From NCBI GenBank assembly GCA_002269645.1, contig NIVC01000497.1:1-64000 (forward strand): DNA of 64,000 nt, in the 5' to 3' direction. Made by a program: the position numbers and the translations under genes. The DNA is from Macrostomum lignano. Its lineage: Eukaryota. The notes beneath the pieces are model-generated. The model ran no database searches and was not told where the DNA came from. It saw nothing but the letters and a program-made list of their open reading frames with translations. Of the stretch, positions 46,581 to 60,380 are shown piece by piece. How positions within the stretch are numbered: position 1 is the stretch's first letter; the number at the start of each line of letters is the position of its first letter.

Positions 46581-48825
46581 ATGTCATTAGTACCGATTTC
46601 CTGCTGTTTGCTACTATTCAGCTTGGCTACTGTATGCCCCATTAACGGAGCAGGTAAGTTAGTTTGAAGTTTAAATTAAAGGCAAAACATTTCTATATAA
46701 GTAAAGTCCAAGGTGTATTATAAATCTGAGCAATCAGAGGGATTTTTAGGCTGTAATTTTCTATGCTAGGTGATAAATTTTCTATTTTGTTTTCGGACTT
46801 CAGAAGATTATTTTAAATGAAGCATGCGCTTTTGACAGCAATAAATCACCGAGCTTTTTATATTTACACATTCATTCATTTAAAACTTTTATAGCTAGCA
46901 TTTTCATCATTACTGAACATACAGTAATAATAAGTTTTGCACGCATAAAATGAATAATAGAACTTTAAGCTTTCATAAACTACTCTACTAATAGTAGCAA
47001 TGAAAGAACGAGGATACTAGTAATAAAAATATCACTAATTACACCTGCCCTGATGGGCACCTGTGCAACCGACAGCTCAGCCGCAGCTATTGCGCGGCGC
47101 ATCTGAAGGCTGCGTACGGCTGTTCAGTCCAAGGACTGGGGGGGGGGGGTCGCCACACACAGCCTCAATTACCCCAGCTAATGCAGACACCCGTTTACAG
47201 CTGGGTGAACTGTAGAAATGCAGAGTTAAGAGTCTTGCTCAAGGCCACAAATTGTTCCGAGTGGGATCGGGAATCGAACCCCATACCTTTCAGTCGTGAG
47301 TCCGACGCTCTGACCACTAGGCTACAACCTACTCACTGGTTGCATTACATATAACCATGCCCTGTCCATTCCGCAGCCCTGCCCGGCACCCTGTCCATCG
47401 CTCTGTGCACCCCCGAGAACAGCGCCTGCCAGCTGGCTGGCGATGGCGACCCCACTACCTGCTTCGTTGCGCACAAAATGGAAGAGAACTTCTACTTCGC
47501 CGTGTTCAACCTGGTTGGCCATTTGGTCAAAGTCAGCGAGCTGAAGCTGCTGGTCGGAGGCGCCGGCAGTACTAACTATTCGGTGTCCTTGGCTAGCAAC
47601 GCTCAAGCTCACGAGCTGCGCTGCAAATCGGCTGGGTTGGTGTAACTGCACTGATGTTTTTTTTATTAGCTATCCTTATGGGCATTTCAATGGAGCTACA
47701 AATATTAGAGATGTCCTTCACCTTGGAAACTCCTTCGGGTGAACCTCCTTCGGGTAAACCTCTTTCGGGTGAACCTCCTTCGGGTGAACCTCCTTCGGGT
47801 GAACCTCCTTCGGGTGAACCTCCTTCGGGTGAACCTCCTTCGGGTGAACCTCCTTCGGGTGAACCTCCTTCGGGTGAACCTCCTTCGGGTGAACCTCCTT
47901 CGGGTAAACCTCTTTCGGGTAAACCTCTTTCGGGTGAACCTCCTTCGGGTGAACCTCCTTCGGGTGAACCTCCTTCGGGTGAACCTCCTTCGGGTGAACC
48001 TCCTTCGGGTGAACCTCCTTCGGGTGAACCTCCTTCGGGTGAACCTCCTTCGGGTGAACCTACTGCGGTTGAACCTCCTACGGGTGAATCTCTTGTAGGT
48101 GAACGTTATGCACCTTCTTAGGTTCAAATTTCTCCTGCTGCTTGAACGCTTTAACCTTGCATGCGGTAGGAAATGTTTGCTTTTTATTTTGCGTAAAAAT
48201 TGAAGCTCTAAAAGACTAATAAATTTACCCAACTATGCACCAATCCACTGTCAGAGACGCAACTAAACCCTCAAAGTCTGCGGCTCATTCACTGGACTGC
48301 TTTACAACTGACGGCAGCTCCGCCGGAGAGCTGGAAAACGTCAGCTCGCTGATGATCCGCTCCGAGCCGCTGGTAATCCAAATGCGCCTCCTCGAGGTGG
48401 TCGCGTACTCTGACGACCGGCAGCCGATCCCGTTTGCCTACTGCTCAGTTGCCGAGCCGGGAGTCTGCGGCCGCGCGATGGACGGTCAGCTGGCTTCGGA
48501 CTCTCCAGCGGTTGTGTCCGGTCCAGCCGTCTTTCCCAGCTGGTACGGCGGCTTCAACTCGTCCTCGCAGGCGTCTGTCCCGGTGTCGTCTGTGCGAATC
48601 TACCGGCCAGACAACGGTGGCGCGACCTTCTTCCGGGTGGCCTCGGCCGGCGTGGACTGCATCAGGTCTGGCGAGGCGTCCATCAGCAAAGACGGCGTGG
48701 AGGCCATCGACTTCGCCTGCACCGCCTCTAAGCTGGCGAGCTCTTCCCTAGTCGAAGTGTGGGAGTTGGACGCCGACTTTCTGGTGAACCTGTGCGAGAT
48801 TCAAGTCTTCGGACGAGAGCATTGA
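46581..48825 (+). CDS. Secreted protein with two galactose-binding-like (F5/8C / fucolectin-like) modules; exons 46581-46653, 47377-~47639, ~48277-48825
   Basis: Signal peptide MSLVPISCCLLLFSLATVCPINGA; DGDPTTCF and AMDG motifs; C-terminal LCEIQVFG resembles the F-type lectin LCEVEVFG. The second junction is uncertain. Confidence 0.6.
47035..47330 (-). mobile_element. tRNA-derived SINE with a V/Meta-SINE-like central domain
   Basis: TAGCCTAGTGG A box and GGTTCGATTCCC B box, then CCTTGAGCAAGACTCTTAAC...CACCCAGCTGTAAACGGG core. Confidence 0.75.
47730..48090. repeat. 15-bp minisatellite (GGTGAACCTCCTTCG)n, intronic
   Basis: About 23 copies. Confidence 0.95.
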
Positions 48826-49948
48826 AAGAAGCTTTACAATTCCGACGGGGCAGTATAGATCTCTGGTCTAAGGCGTCAGTTTAACAAGACATAAATTAAA
48901 CAAAACAAATTTGAAAAAGTAATATCGTATTTTTTGTCCTAATTGCACTAGCATCGAACTCTATCGAACTGCAGTAAGTATTGATGTACTTCGAAAATAA
49001 ACAATAACAACAACATTCTTTTTTCTTACAAACTCTCAAAATAAACAGTTTGTTTGAATTTAAGTAGAAATCAATCACTAAATGCTCTGGTCCACCACGC
49101 ACTCCTGTCAGATCGAACACCATAGATGGGATGCTATAGCGAAGAGAGAGGACAGCGAGAGGCACGCAGAGAGACGTTCAAAGGTAAAAATCAGTTAATC
49201 CAGCCATTAGACTAATCCGCCGTCTCCACCCGTGCGAATAACTGGCTCACGAGCTGCCATGTAGGGAACGAGAGGTTTTTTTCCGGGGGTTCTGGCTTCT
49301 CGTCATAAATGTTGTAAGCATCTTTTATCTCGTATTTAGCGCCTAGCATCTCACATCTAGCAGCTGGCATCCTCTAGCATCTAACTTCTAGTGTTTAGCA
49401 TCTAGCATCCAGTGCTTAGCATCTGGAATCTAGCATCCAGTGCTTAGCATATGGCATCTAGCATCCAGTGCTTAGCATATGACATCTAGCATCTAACTTC
49501 TAGTGTTTCGCATCTAGAATCTAGATGGACATGGTATCCACCGGCCACAGAAGACAGGAGCAGGGACGCTCCAACTACATGTAGGAGACAAGGAGGCCCA
49601 AAGAGACAGGGGCGCCCTCCTAAGAGACAGCTAGGGTGCCCTCCTAAGAGACAGGGGCGCCCTGCCAATGGCGGGCGCAGATTGCCGGATGCTATAAAAA
49701 TATCGAGACTTGGGCAGATATTAAAGTTTCTCCAGCAGCTGAGATGGTCCTCCTGTGACCCACTTTGACGTCACTTCCACATCTCCAGCCCTCCCGCATG
49801 GAGAAGAGTTTGATGGAGACGAGAGACTCAGTAGAGAACAGAGATAAATTTCTTTTCTCATTGAACATCTAGAGGTCAGGAATGATCAGTTATGCCGTTT
49901 GATTTGCTAGAGAGTGATTTTGACAAATGAATTGGTTGGCCCCAGTTG

Positions 49949-49984
<36 letters not shown>

Positions 49985-50689
49985 ACTCTCAAGCCCCAGT
50001 CCGACAGCCGTCCCGCATGGGCAGCCCCTGCCGCCAGAGGCAGCAGTCGCGGCTCCGGGCCGCCTCAGACTCCAAGCCGCTCCCAGAGCCTTCGAATGCG
50101 GCCCAGCTCTGCATGCAGTGAGCTGCAGTCAGTTTCACGAGGCCCATCCCCACCGCCTCTGGGAGAGGCAGTCTCTGTTGAAATCTAGAGCTGCCAGGTT
50201 GTCATGGCGACCGCAGCTGCTGTATAACTCATACTTGGAGCTTTTATAGCTCGTATTTGGCTGGCATCATTGCGTAGTATCGGGTGCTGCGGAGTGAATT
50301 TTCGAATAATTGCTGAGAGATCACGGAAGAGTCAGCTTGACTGGTGAGTCTGAGCACGGAGCATGAGCTGGGATTCCGCCCTCTCCTTTCGCGCTCTCCT
50401 TCCGCCCTCTCCTCCGCCCTCTCCCTCCGACCTCTCCTTCCGCCCTCTACTTCCTCCCTCTTCCTCCACCCTCTCCTTCTGCCCTCACCTACCACCCTCT
50501 TTCGACGCAAATGCAACTTTAACCCGACATTCCACACTCAGATCAAATTGGAGCTCCAACCCGACATTCCACAGTCAGATCAAATGCAGCTCCAACCCGA
50601 CATTCCACAGTCAGATCAAATGCAGCTCCTTGGCGAGAGAATCCGCGAGCTCGTTGCTGTGACCGGGTGTCCAGATAGTTCTAATCCTG

Positions 50690-51080
50690 ACAAGAACTGA
50701 TAGAGATTGCACTGCACACTGCACGATTTTTTTCGGTGGCTATGAACTTGATAGCGGCTTGGCTATCAGTGTAAAAATGAATGTTGAAACTTCTGAATTT
50801 CGCCAGGAGCAGTTGCTTGGCACACTGCTTGGCAGGGATGGCGGTCTGGAAGCCCCTCCTGATGTTGAGAGCGGGGAGGCGACTTGTCCATATCACCCGT
50901 GTCGATGGTGGATGTTGATAAGGTCGCGATGGACGAAATCCATATGCGGGATTCGAGTTTTCATTGGCACAAAGCCAGAAGCTTTGTTAATTAATTCTGT
51001 GACTCCGACAAGCCGGGAGGCGGATTTCATAGCCTGAGCCACCCTACTTTTAGGGGTTAAGGCCACAGCTGTCAAAATCC
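50690..51080 (-). mobile_element. Non-LTR retrotransposon ORF2 fragment (RNase H-like)
   Basis: IHFYTDSQAAIK motif typical of LINE RNase H; frameshifted. Confidence 0.55.
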
Positions 51081-51849
51081 GGGAAGTTTCGAAAAATAGG
51101 GCTGAAATCGCATTTGATTGATGGCTGGCCTTTCAAAAAAATGAGAAAAAAGAGCCAGTCACGTGATTCTTTCAGAACCATCTGGCGCTAGTGTTAATGC
51201 GTGACTTCTCTGTGCATTTCTAGTCGAGCATCCCACAGATAAGCTTTAACTAACTTAACTATGATATTTCCCTGAACTAAAACTACTAATAGTAGTGTAA
51301 AAGCTAGAGTTAGTCCTACACTACACTTGAACTGCTTTTTTAGGGACTAGAATTTTTTTAGGAAAATAACTTGAGCCAACTGCGAGCACAGTTAAACAAA
51401 CGCTGTACAATAGACACTCACCGCCTAATCTAATCGCGTTAATAGCCGAAGCTCGTAAAACACGACTTCAAATAGTATTGTATAGAGATATAATAGCCAA
51501 ACCCAAATCTAGTAGACGGTAAAGGTGTTAAATAAAACTAAATGTCAAGCACTGAACGCTTGTTTGCTCACCTTTTATCAGATTTACTCTGCAGTGGCTG
51601 TACAACTAATAACACCCTCAACTTTCGTAGTCTTGAAGTCGAAAATTATAAGGGTAAATACAGTATTGCATAGATTTAACAGTGAGACTTGTTAAACACT
51701 AAATTATGTATATTTAAATTCTAGATGTTTAAAAACAAGCTATATTATGACTGATGTTCATTAGGCAGTTACAGTTGAACAAATTAACTAATATTTTTTA
51801 TTTAGCAGTTTAAAATTCCTAATATTTAGTGCCGCATGGCGGTACACAT

Positions 51850-52420
51850 CTCATTTCAGGTACACATCTCAGGTACTCAACTCAGGTACTCATCTCAGGT
51901 ACACATCTCAGGTACTCATCTCAGGTACTCATCTCAGGTACACACCTCATCTCAGGTACTCATCTCATCTCAGGTACTCATCTCAGGTACACATCTCATC
52001 TCAGGTACACACCTCATCTCAGGTACACATCTCATCTCAGGTACACATCTCATCTCAGGTACACATCTCATCTCAGGTACACACCTCATCTCAGGTACAC
52101 ACCTCATCTCAGGTACACACCTCATCTCAGGTACACATCTCATCTCAGGTACACTTCTCAGGTACACAACTCAGGTACACATCTCATCTCAGGTACTCAT
52201 CTCAGGTACACATCTCATCTCAGGTACACATCTCAGGTACTCATCTCAGGTAAGCATCTCAGGTACACATCTCATCTCAGGTACACATCTCATCTCAGGT
52301 ACACATCTCAGGTACACATCTCAGGTACACATCTCAGGTACACATCTCATGTACACATCTCAGGTACACATCTCAGGTACACATATCAGGTAAACATCTC
52401 AGGTAAGCATCTCAGGTAGA
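51850..52420. repeat. (CATCTCAGGTACA)-core repeat array
   Basis: Direct observation. Confidence 0.93.
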
Positions 52421-52510
52421 CAACGTTCGAATCATATTTATGCTCAGTCAATTATATGTTAAACTTTGGAGTCGTAAAACAGCGCAATTGAATTCGATCA
52501 ACAGCTGCGC

Positions 52511-54738
52511 TCACAGTCGCACCCGATAATAAGCGTCCAGTTGGGCGATGAGGTCGGCTTTCTCCTCTTCCGGCAGGAAGCTGGACCTCGCGGCGCAATA
52601 GTTGGTGCGCACCAGCTCCCAGGGGGGTAGGCCGATGCGGTCCAAGCACATCCGGTATTCCGCATCGAGCCATTGGCCAGTCAAAGTGGGATCGTCCGTG
52701 TTGATGGAGTAGTTGGCCTTGTCGGCTGCCAGCCTCTGGATTGGATGATGGGGCCAGTCCGTGAGCACCGCCGAGGTCAGGTGGCTGGACAGCGGGCAGG
52801 TCTCCAGGTGGACTCGGTCGTGCAGTATGCGCTGGAGATGCGATCGGAGTGTAGCCGTTCGATGAAAATTAAACAATTGGACTTGATTAGAATGACTCTT
52901 AGAAAGGAGCACGACTTAGAAATAGAAGCGATTTTTAGAAGGAAGGGCGATTCTTAGAAATAGAAGCGATTTTTAGAAGGAAGGGCGATTCTTAGAAATA
53001 GAAGCGATTTTTAGAAGGAAGGGCGATTCTTAGAAATAGAAGCGATTTTTAGAAGGAAGGGCGATTCTTAGAAATAGAAGCGATTTTTAGAAGGAAGGGC
53101 GATTCTTAGAAATAGAAGCGATTTTTAGAAGGAAGGGCGATTCTTAGAAAAAGAATCGATTTTTAAAAGGAAGGGCGATTCTTAGAAATAGAAGCCATTT
53201 TTAAAAGAAAGGGCGATTCTTAGAAATACTCGTAGAAAAGGATGGTTTTTTCAAATGATTTTTTCTTAGAAAATGAACTTCTTATAGAAAATGGCACTTT
53301 TAGAAGCAAGAGTTCTTTAAAAAGACAGACGATTTTTGAGATGGGTGAAAATGACTGGGAAAAAGGGGCTTAGTAACAGCACAGCAACAGTATAAAAACA
53401 GCACAGCAACGGCATAGCAACAGTATGAAAACAGCATAGCAACGGCGTAGCAACAGTATGAAAACAGCATAGCAACGGCGTAGCAACAGTATGAAAACAG
53501 CACAGCAACGGCATAGCATAGCCCTACCTGGTACAGAGTCGGATTGTCCAGCGTGTGGTAGCCGTGTCCGATCCGCTCAGCGTGCAGCGAGTCCAGCGCC
53601 TCGGTGACCATCTCTGCGCCCGAGTTCTCGCCGGCGTGCGCCGTTCGGTGAATGCCGGCCTTGTAGGCCTCCTGGAACAGCCGGACAATGTCTGGGTGGG
53701 TACCGCCTCGCTCGCTGTCATAGTCCTCTTTGTCGTCGCCGGCCACGTCGATGCCGACAACGCCGTGATTGGCGTAGGCTTTGGCCAGGCGGAGGGTTTC
53801 GTCGCAGAATTCTGCGGGAACGGCAGAAAAGAATGGAATTGATTAATTGAAATAGATTTGCAATTGTCTGAGTTACAAGTCGTCTCACCGTTTTTATACT
53901 GTTGCTATGCTGTTGCTATGCTGTTGCTATGCTGCTGCTATGCTGTTGCTATGCTGTTGCTATGCTGTTGCTATGCTGTTTCCATGTTGTCGCTATGCTG
54001 TTTTTATGCTGTTTCTATGGCTGTTGCTATGCTGTTGCTATGTGGCTTCTATTATTTTTGCTGTGCTGTTGCTATGGCTGTTGCTATGTTGTTTCTATGA
54101 TTTTTGCTGTGCTGTTGCTATGGCTGTTGCTATGTTGTTTCAACGATATTTCTTCGCTGATATTCCGATGCTAAGACTAGAACTTATCATACAATAAAAT
54201 TTCCAATCTCACCTGGGATAGCTCGAATCGCAATGAGAATCGATCGCACCTTGACGCCGAACCGTTTCGAGCCCAGCTCGAATCCTCGCAGCACAGCCTG
54301 CAGCCCGTCCTCGGCAGTGAAGGAGTCTTTGGCGAACAGCTGCGGCACGTACCTACTCTCGATGTACGCAATCTTGTTCTTGGCGCAGTCCTCGATAAAG
54401 TCCACCGCCAGCTGCACAATGCCGTCTGGATCGCCGGCAACGAAGGACATGAGCACCGGGAAGTAGCTGAGAAACTCGCGCAGCAGCGACGGCTCCTTCC
54501 GGCGCATGAACTCGGCGAATTCTTCCGGCGTAGCTACCGGAAGCTTGTGACCGCGCCGTTTGGCGATGTTGAACACCGTGCTGGGCCGCAGGGCGCCTTC
54601 AAAGTGGCAGTGCAGCTCCACTCGGTGGAGGTCGGACTCTGGATTGGGGTTCGGGTGAGGGTGCACGCGAGCAGTTTGCTGGCATTCTCGGCGCTCGACT
54701 GAGTAGGAAAACTCCACTGGCAACCGGCTGGAATTCAT
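52511..54738 (-). CDS. ADA: Adenosine deaminase, ~376 aa; exons 54213-54738, 53528-53811, 52511-52831
   Basis: VELHCHFEG, YIESRYVP, GIDVAG, HAGE, ERIGHG, ETCPLSS and YSINTDDP motifs; phase-consistent junctions. Confidence 0.93.
52900..53230. repeat. 38-bp minisatellite in ADA intron 2
   Basis: (GGGCGATTCTTAGAAATAGAAGCGATTTTTAGAAGGAA)n, about 8 copies. Confidence 0.93.
53375..53520. repeat. (CAGCATAGCAA)n 11-bp array
   Basis: Adjacent to the ADA exon 2 donor. Confidence 0.9.
53895..54140. repeat. (TTGCTATGCTG)n 11-bp array, reverse complement of the previous array
   Basis: ADA intron 1. Confidence 0.9.
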
Positions 54739-54944
54739 TGGCTACTGATTGATGGGCTACCCAGCTTCCTTACTGCTTAGAAGGTAACGAAGACAATTCA
54801 TTACCATTGGGATATGAGAATAGATTAACACGAACAATATTATTCCGCCCGAAGACTGTCTGTGGCACAAACCAATTCGGGAATTCGATATGTTATTTTT
54901 ATAGGCAGGCATGTCTCGAATCTTGTGTTTCAAGACCAAGGGGC

Positions 54945-55295
54945 GCCAGCACCAAGGGGCTTTAGCACCAAGGGGCTTTAGCACCAAGGGGCTTTAGCAC
55001 CAAGGGGCTTTAGCACCAAGGGGCTTTAGCACCAAGGGGCTTTAGCACCAAGGGGCTTTAGCACCAAGGGGCTTTAGCACCAAGGGGCTTTAGCACCAAG
55101 GGGCTTTAGCACCAAGGGGCTTTAGCACCAAGGGGCTTTAGCACCAAGGGGCTTTAGCACCAAGGGGCTTTAGCACCAAGGGGCTTTAGCACCAAGGGGC
55201 TTTAGCACCAAGGGGCTTTAGCACCAAGGGGCTTTAGCACCAAGGGGCTTTAGCACCAAGGGGCGCAGCACCAAGGGGCGCCAGCACCAAGGGGG
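54945..55295. repeat. 16-bp satellite (AGCACCAAGGGGCTTT)n, reverse complement of the 37710 unit
   Basis: About 20 copies with GGCGCC-type units at both edges. Confidence 0.95.
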
Positions 55296-56039
55296 CGCCA
55301 GCAGCAACGAGAGAGACAGAGGAACAAGACTACGGGAGACATGAAAGTGCCAACTCACCCATGTTAATCTGCGCACACTTATTAGCACTCAAAAATACAT
55401 TGTTTATCTAGTACTGGAACTCTGCTTAAACAACAGGTATAGCTAGCTTCAATCAGACCCAAGTGAACAAAATTGCAATAAGCAGTCCTAGCTGTATAGC
55501 CTTAGCCTGCTAGTAGCTCGTAAATAAATAAAATTTCAACTAGCACCCAGCCAATGCAAGTTCGTTTTCTATTGAGAATAGGGGTAAGGGGTTTTGTACA
55601 ACTGCAGTTTAAGTAGCATTGAACTCACCTTTAACAGATTGACTGTACATCTCACTTGCTGCTGGTTAAGGTACTCTTGTTTGAGATGTAGACTGCAGGA
55701 ATTATTTAGTTATAAATAGGCAAGATGCGAAATAGTAATGGCTTTAATTAGCTGGCTCCAAAGTGACTGCAGTTCAAGCTGCCTCTCAGCTCTTCATGCT
55801 CGTATCAGTTTTACTCTTGGCGTCAGGGGAGGGCCAGTGCGCTCGCTTTACTTATGTGCGCGCAGCTAGTGTACATGACTGCAGCCATGGAGCACTGGGC
55901 CGAACTGCAGCAGAGAGAGATTCTGGTTAGGGAATTTCCGGTTAATACGAGCTCGTAGTTATGCAGCGATAGTGTATTGGAGGGGTCCACCAGGTGGGGC
56001 AACTGCCGAGCGCCATCTAGCTAGGGGGCACCATCGTGG

Positions 56040-56612
56040 GGGGCGCCAGCACCAGGGGCACCATCGTGGGGGGCACCATCGTGGGGGGCGCCAGCACCAG
56101 GGGCGCCAGCACCAGGGGCGCCAGCACCAAGGGGCGCCAGCACCAGGGGCGCCAGCACCAGGGGCGCCAGCACCAAGGGGCGCCAGCACCAGGGGCGCCA
56201 GCACCAGGGGCGCCAGCACCAGGGGCGCCAGCACCAGGGGTGCCAGCACCAGGGGCGCCAGCACCAAGGGGCGCCAGCACCAGGGGCGCCAGCACCAGGG
56301 GCGCCAGCACCAGGGGCGCCAGCACCAGGGGCGCCAGCACCAGGGGCGCCAGCACCAGGGGCGCCAGCACCAGGGGCGCCAGCACCAAGGGGCGCCAGCA
56401 CCAGGGGCGCCAGCACCAGGGGCGCCAGCACCAGGGGCGCCAGCACCAGGGGTGCCAGCACCAGGGGCGCCAGCACCAAGGGGCGCCAGCACCAGGGGCG
56501 CCAGCACCAGGGGCGCCAGCACCAGGGGCGCCAGCACCAGGGGCGCCAGCACCAGGGGCGCCAGCACCAGGGGCGCCAGCACCAGGGGCGCCAGCACCAG
56601 GGGCGCCAGCAC
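56040..56612. repeat. 15/16-bp satellite (GCACCAGGGGCGCCA)n
   Basis: About 36 copies. Confidence 0.95.
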
Positions 56613-57184
56613 CCTGAGGCTTCAGAGGCCCTGACTTCACTGTCTACGCCCCCGATGCATAAAGTTGACAGTTGCAGACTGTTAGACGACTTTGTATAGG
56701 AAAATTGAATTTCTTTTCAAAGTTAAGAACAAGCTTTAGAAAAGAATTATTTTTCCTAATTTGGTAATTAAAGCAAGGCGACAAGAACTTTCCTCTCCAG
56801 TATTTTCTAAATCTAAAATAGGAAACAGAGCTCCACGGAGCGCAGCCTGGGGTTGGGTGGTTGGGTTGGCAGTTCAGGCTCTCCCTCATTCGTCTCTGCA
56901 CTGGCCCAGCTATCAGCCCAGGCCTGTTTATTGCTGACTTGTAACTGGTCCATGTTTATAAAGCAGGCCGTGTGCAGTGGTAAAGGCCAGCATTGGCTTG
57001 GCGGCCTGATAGGTGCGGATTTCCATAACTTCTGGTATTGTGGGTGTGTTTAGTTCTGGTGCCGTTGAAGAGGTCTGCTGTTGTCCAAATTTGAAGCTTC
57101 CTAGAGGCTAAAAAATTCACAATTTCCTTTTTATCCTACTAGAGGTAGAGCAGGCTGAATCGATATGTAAAAATGGAATTCGCT

Positions 57185-57860
<676 letters not shown>

Positions 57861-57934
57861 CTCAATTGAGTCATCCCCCTAAAAGAAGGACAAGCAGCAC
57901 CCGGTTGCCGGGCCGCGCTCTCACGCGGAGTTTA

Positions 57935-58345
57935 CCAAATTGGCGGCAGAATTTAATGAGAAGTAAACAAGCTCTAAATTGGTCTCACTTTCTATCGTTT
58001 TAATTGGAGCGCCTCTATCAGCCAGAGGCAGGTTAGCAAAATCATAATTGGCTGGCCCAGCCCACCTGCAGCGGTTTCAAACTTGAGGGAGAGAAGGGTG
58101 GGGCTGCACTCGCTTCTCAGCCAATAGAAATCGGCGCTCCGACCCCCTCACTGGCTCAGCAGAGCCGTTCGCCCCGGCGATTCCTGCAAGACTGCAGTCT
58201 GTAATCCTGGCGGATATAAAAGCAGGATTTTTGACGCCCAGCAAGTTTACTGGAGCCCAACAACATCATTTAGTTTCTGATTTACATGCGAAAGCTGTCA
58301 CGTCTATTAATCAAAGTTATTTATAGTGCAGCACATCTGGTAAGC
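57935..58345 (+). promoter_or_regulatory. Putative Pol II promoter: several CCAAT boxes, TATAAAA at 58215-58221, candidate first-exon donor GTAAGC at 58340
   Basis: Motif clustering in a GC-richer island; the downstream gene is not established. Confidence 0.4.
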
Positions 58346-58559
58346 CATCTTCAATTATCATTATTGTCTTTTTATAGCTCAAATAAACAGCTTGCACTCT
58401 CGGGTTCAGATGTGTGCCAAGGTCACAGAGTAGAATTCATTTTTATTAATTGGGAAGCTACCGGTGCGGTGCTGTGCGTTTTTCAGTTTAACTTTCATTG
58501 CTAGTTCGACTCTACAGTCACATAGTTCTATAATATCTCAACCCCTCTCACACTCTCTC

Positions 58560-59085
<526 letters not shown>

Positions 59086-59799
59086 CGTGAATGAACTCAG
59101 CAAGTGTGAATTGGGTTAGAAACTGTTTTTGAATTATTTTTCTGCAATTTTCCTGCCAAGCTGCAATCCATCACTCAGAGCAGGCCAGTCGCGGTCGAAT
59201 GGGGCGTTAAGAAATCCTTGGAGACTTAGAAAAGGAAAAGTTTTCTGACTCAGTTTATTTCCAATCTTGTGTTTATATTGCTTGGCGTTAAAACAAGCAA
59301 TCAATCCTTGTTTGACTCAACATCTAAATTTATGGGAGGAAAACATTCTCGTAAAATCTTCCAGAATATCTCAGGCACAGAGATGAGATCCAGGAATATT
59401 CAGATAATTTGAGCTTCGAGAATTGCTCAACAACCATCATTTTGCTTATCTTACAGATAGAATCCAAGGCTTGAAGCCCAGATCGACGCCAACTAATTAT
59501 TTATGAAATCTGGCTTTTCTCCCCCCAAGGGGAGGACCTCGAGCCTCGAAGTGTCTCAGTCTCCCGCTCTCAACATTTTTCAGCTGTCACGAATTGGGGC
59601 ACCGTCTGTCTTTATTAGCTTTAAAAATCCAACTGACTTTTTAGTTCGTCTGACTTCATCTGTTTATAATCTGCATCTTCTCTTAAACTCTAATCTTAGT
59701 ATGTAGCTCCAGATGTGCCTTCACCCATTTACGAGATTAGATGTGTCTAGATGTAGATGTCTGTAGATATCTAAAATCTCTACAATCTCTACAATCTCT

Positions 59800-60380
59800 T
59801 AATCTATCTACACCTCTCTAGATCCATCTACACCTCTCTAGATCTATCTGCAACTCTCTAGATCTATCTGCACCTCTCTAGATCTATCTGCAACTCTCTA
59901 GATCTATCTGCACCTCTCTAGATCTATCTGCAACTCTCTAGATCCATCTACACCTCTCTAGATCTATCCACACCTCTCTGGATCTATCCACACCTCTCTG
60001 GATCTTTCTAAACTTTTCTAGATCTTTCTACACCTCTCTAGATCTATCTGCAACTCTCTAGATCCATCTACACCTCTCTAGATCTATCCACACCTCTCTG
60101 GATCTATCCACACCTCTCTGGATCTTTCTAAACTTTTCTAGATCTATCTACACCTCTCTAGATCTATCTGCAACTCTCTAGATCCATCTACACCTCTCTA
60201 GATCTATCCACACCTCTCTGGATCTATCCACACCTCTCTGGATCTTTCTAAACTTTTCTAGATCTATCTACACTTCTCTAGATCTTTCTAAACTTTTCTA
60301 GATCTATCTGCACCTCTCTAGATCTATCTGCAACTCTCTAGACCTATCTACACCTCTCTAGATCTATCTACACCTTTCTA
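59800..60380. repeat. 20-bp minisatellite (CTCTCTAGATCTATCTACAC)n with higher-order blocks
   Basis: Direct observation. Confidence 0.93.
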
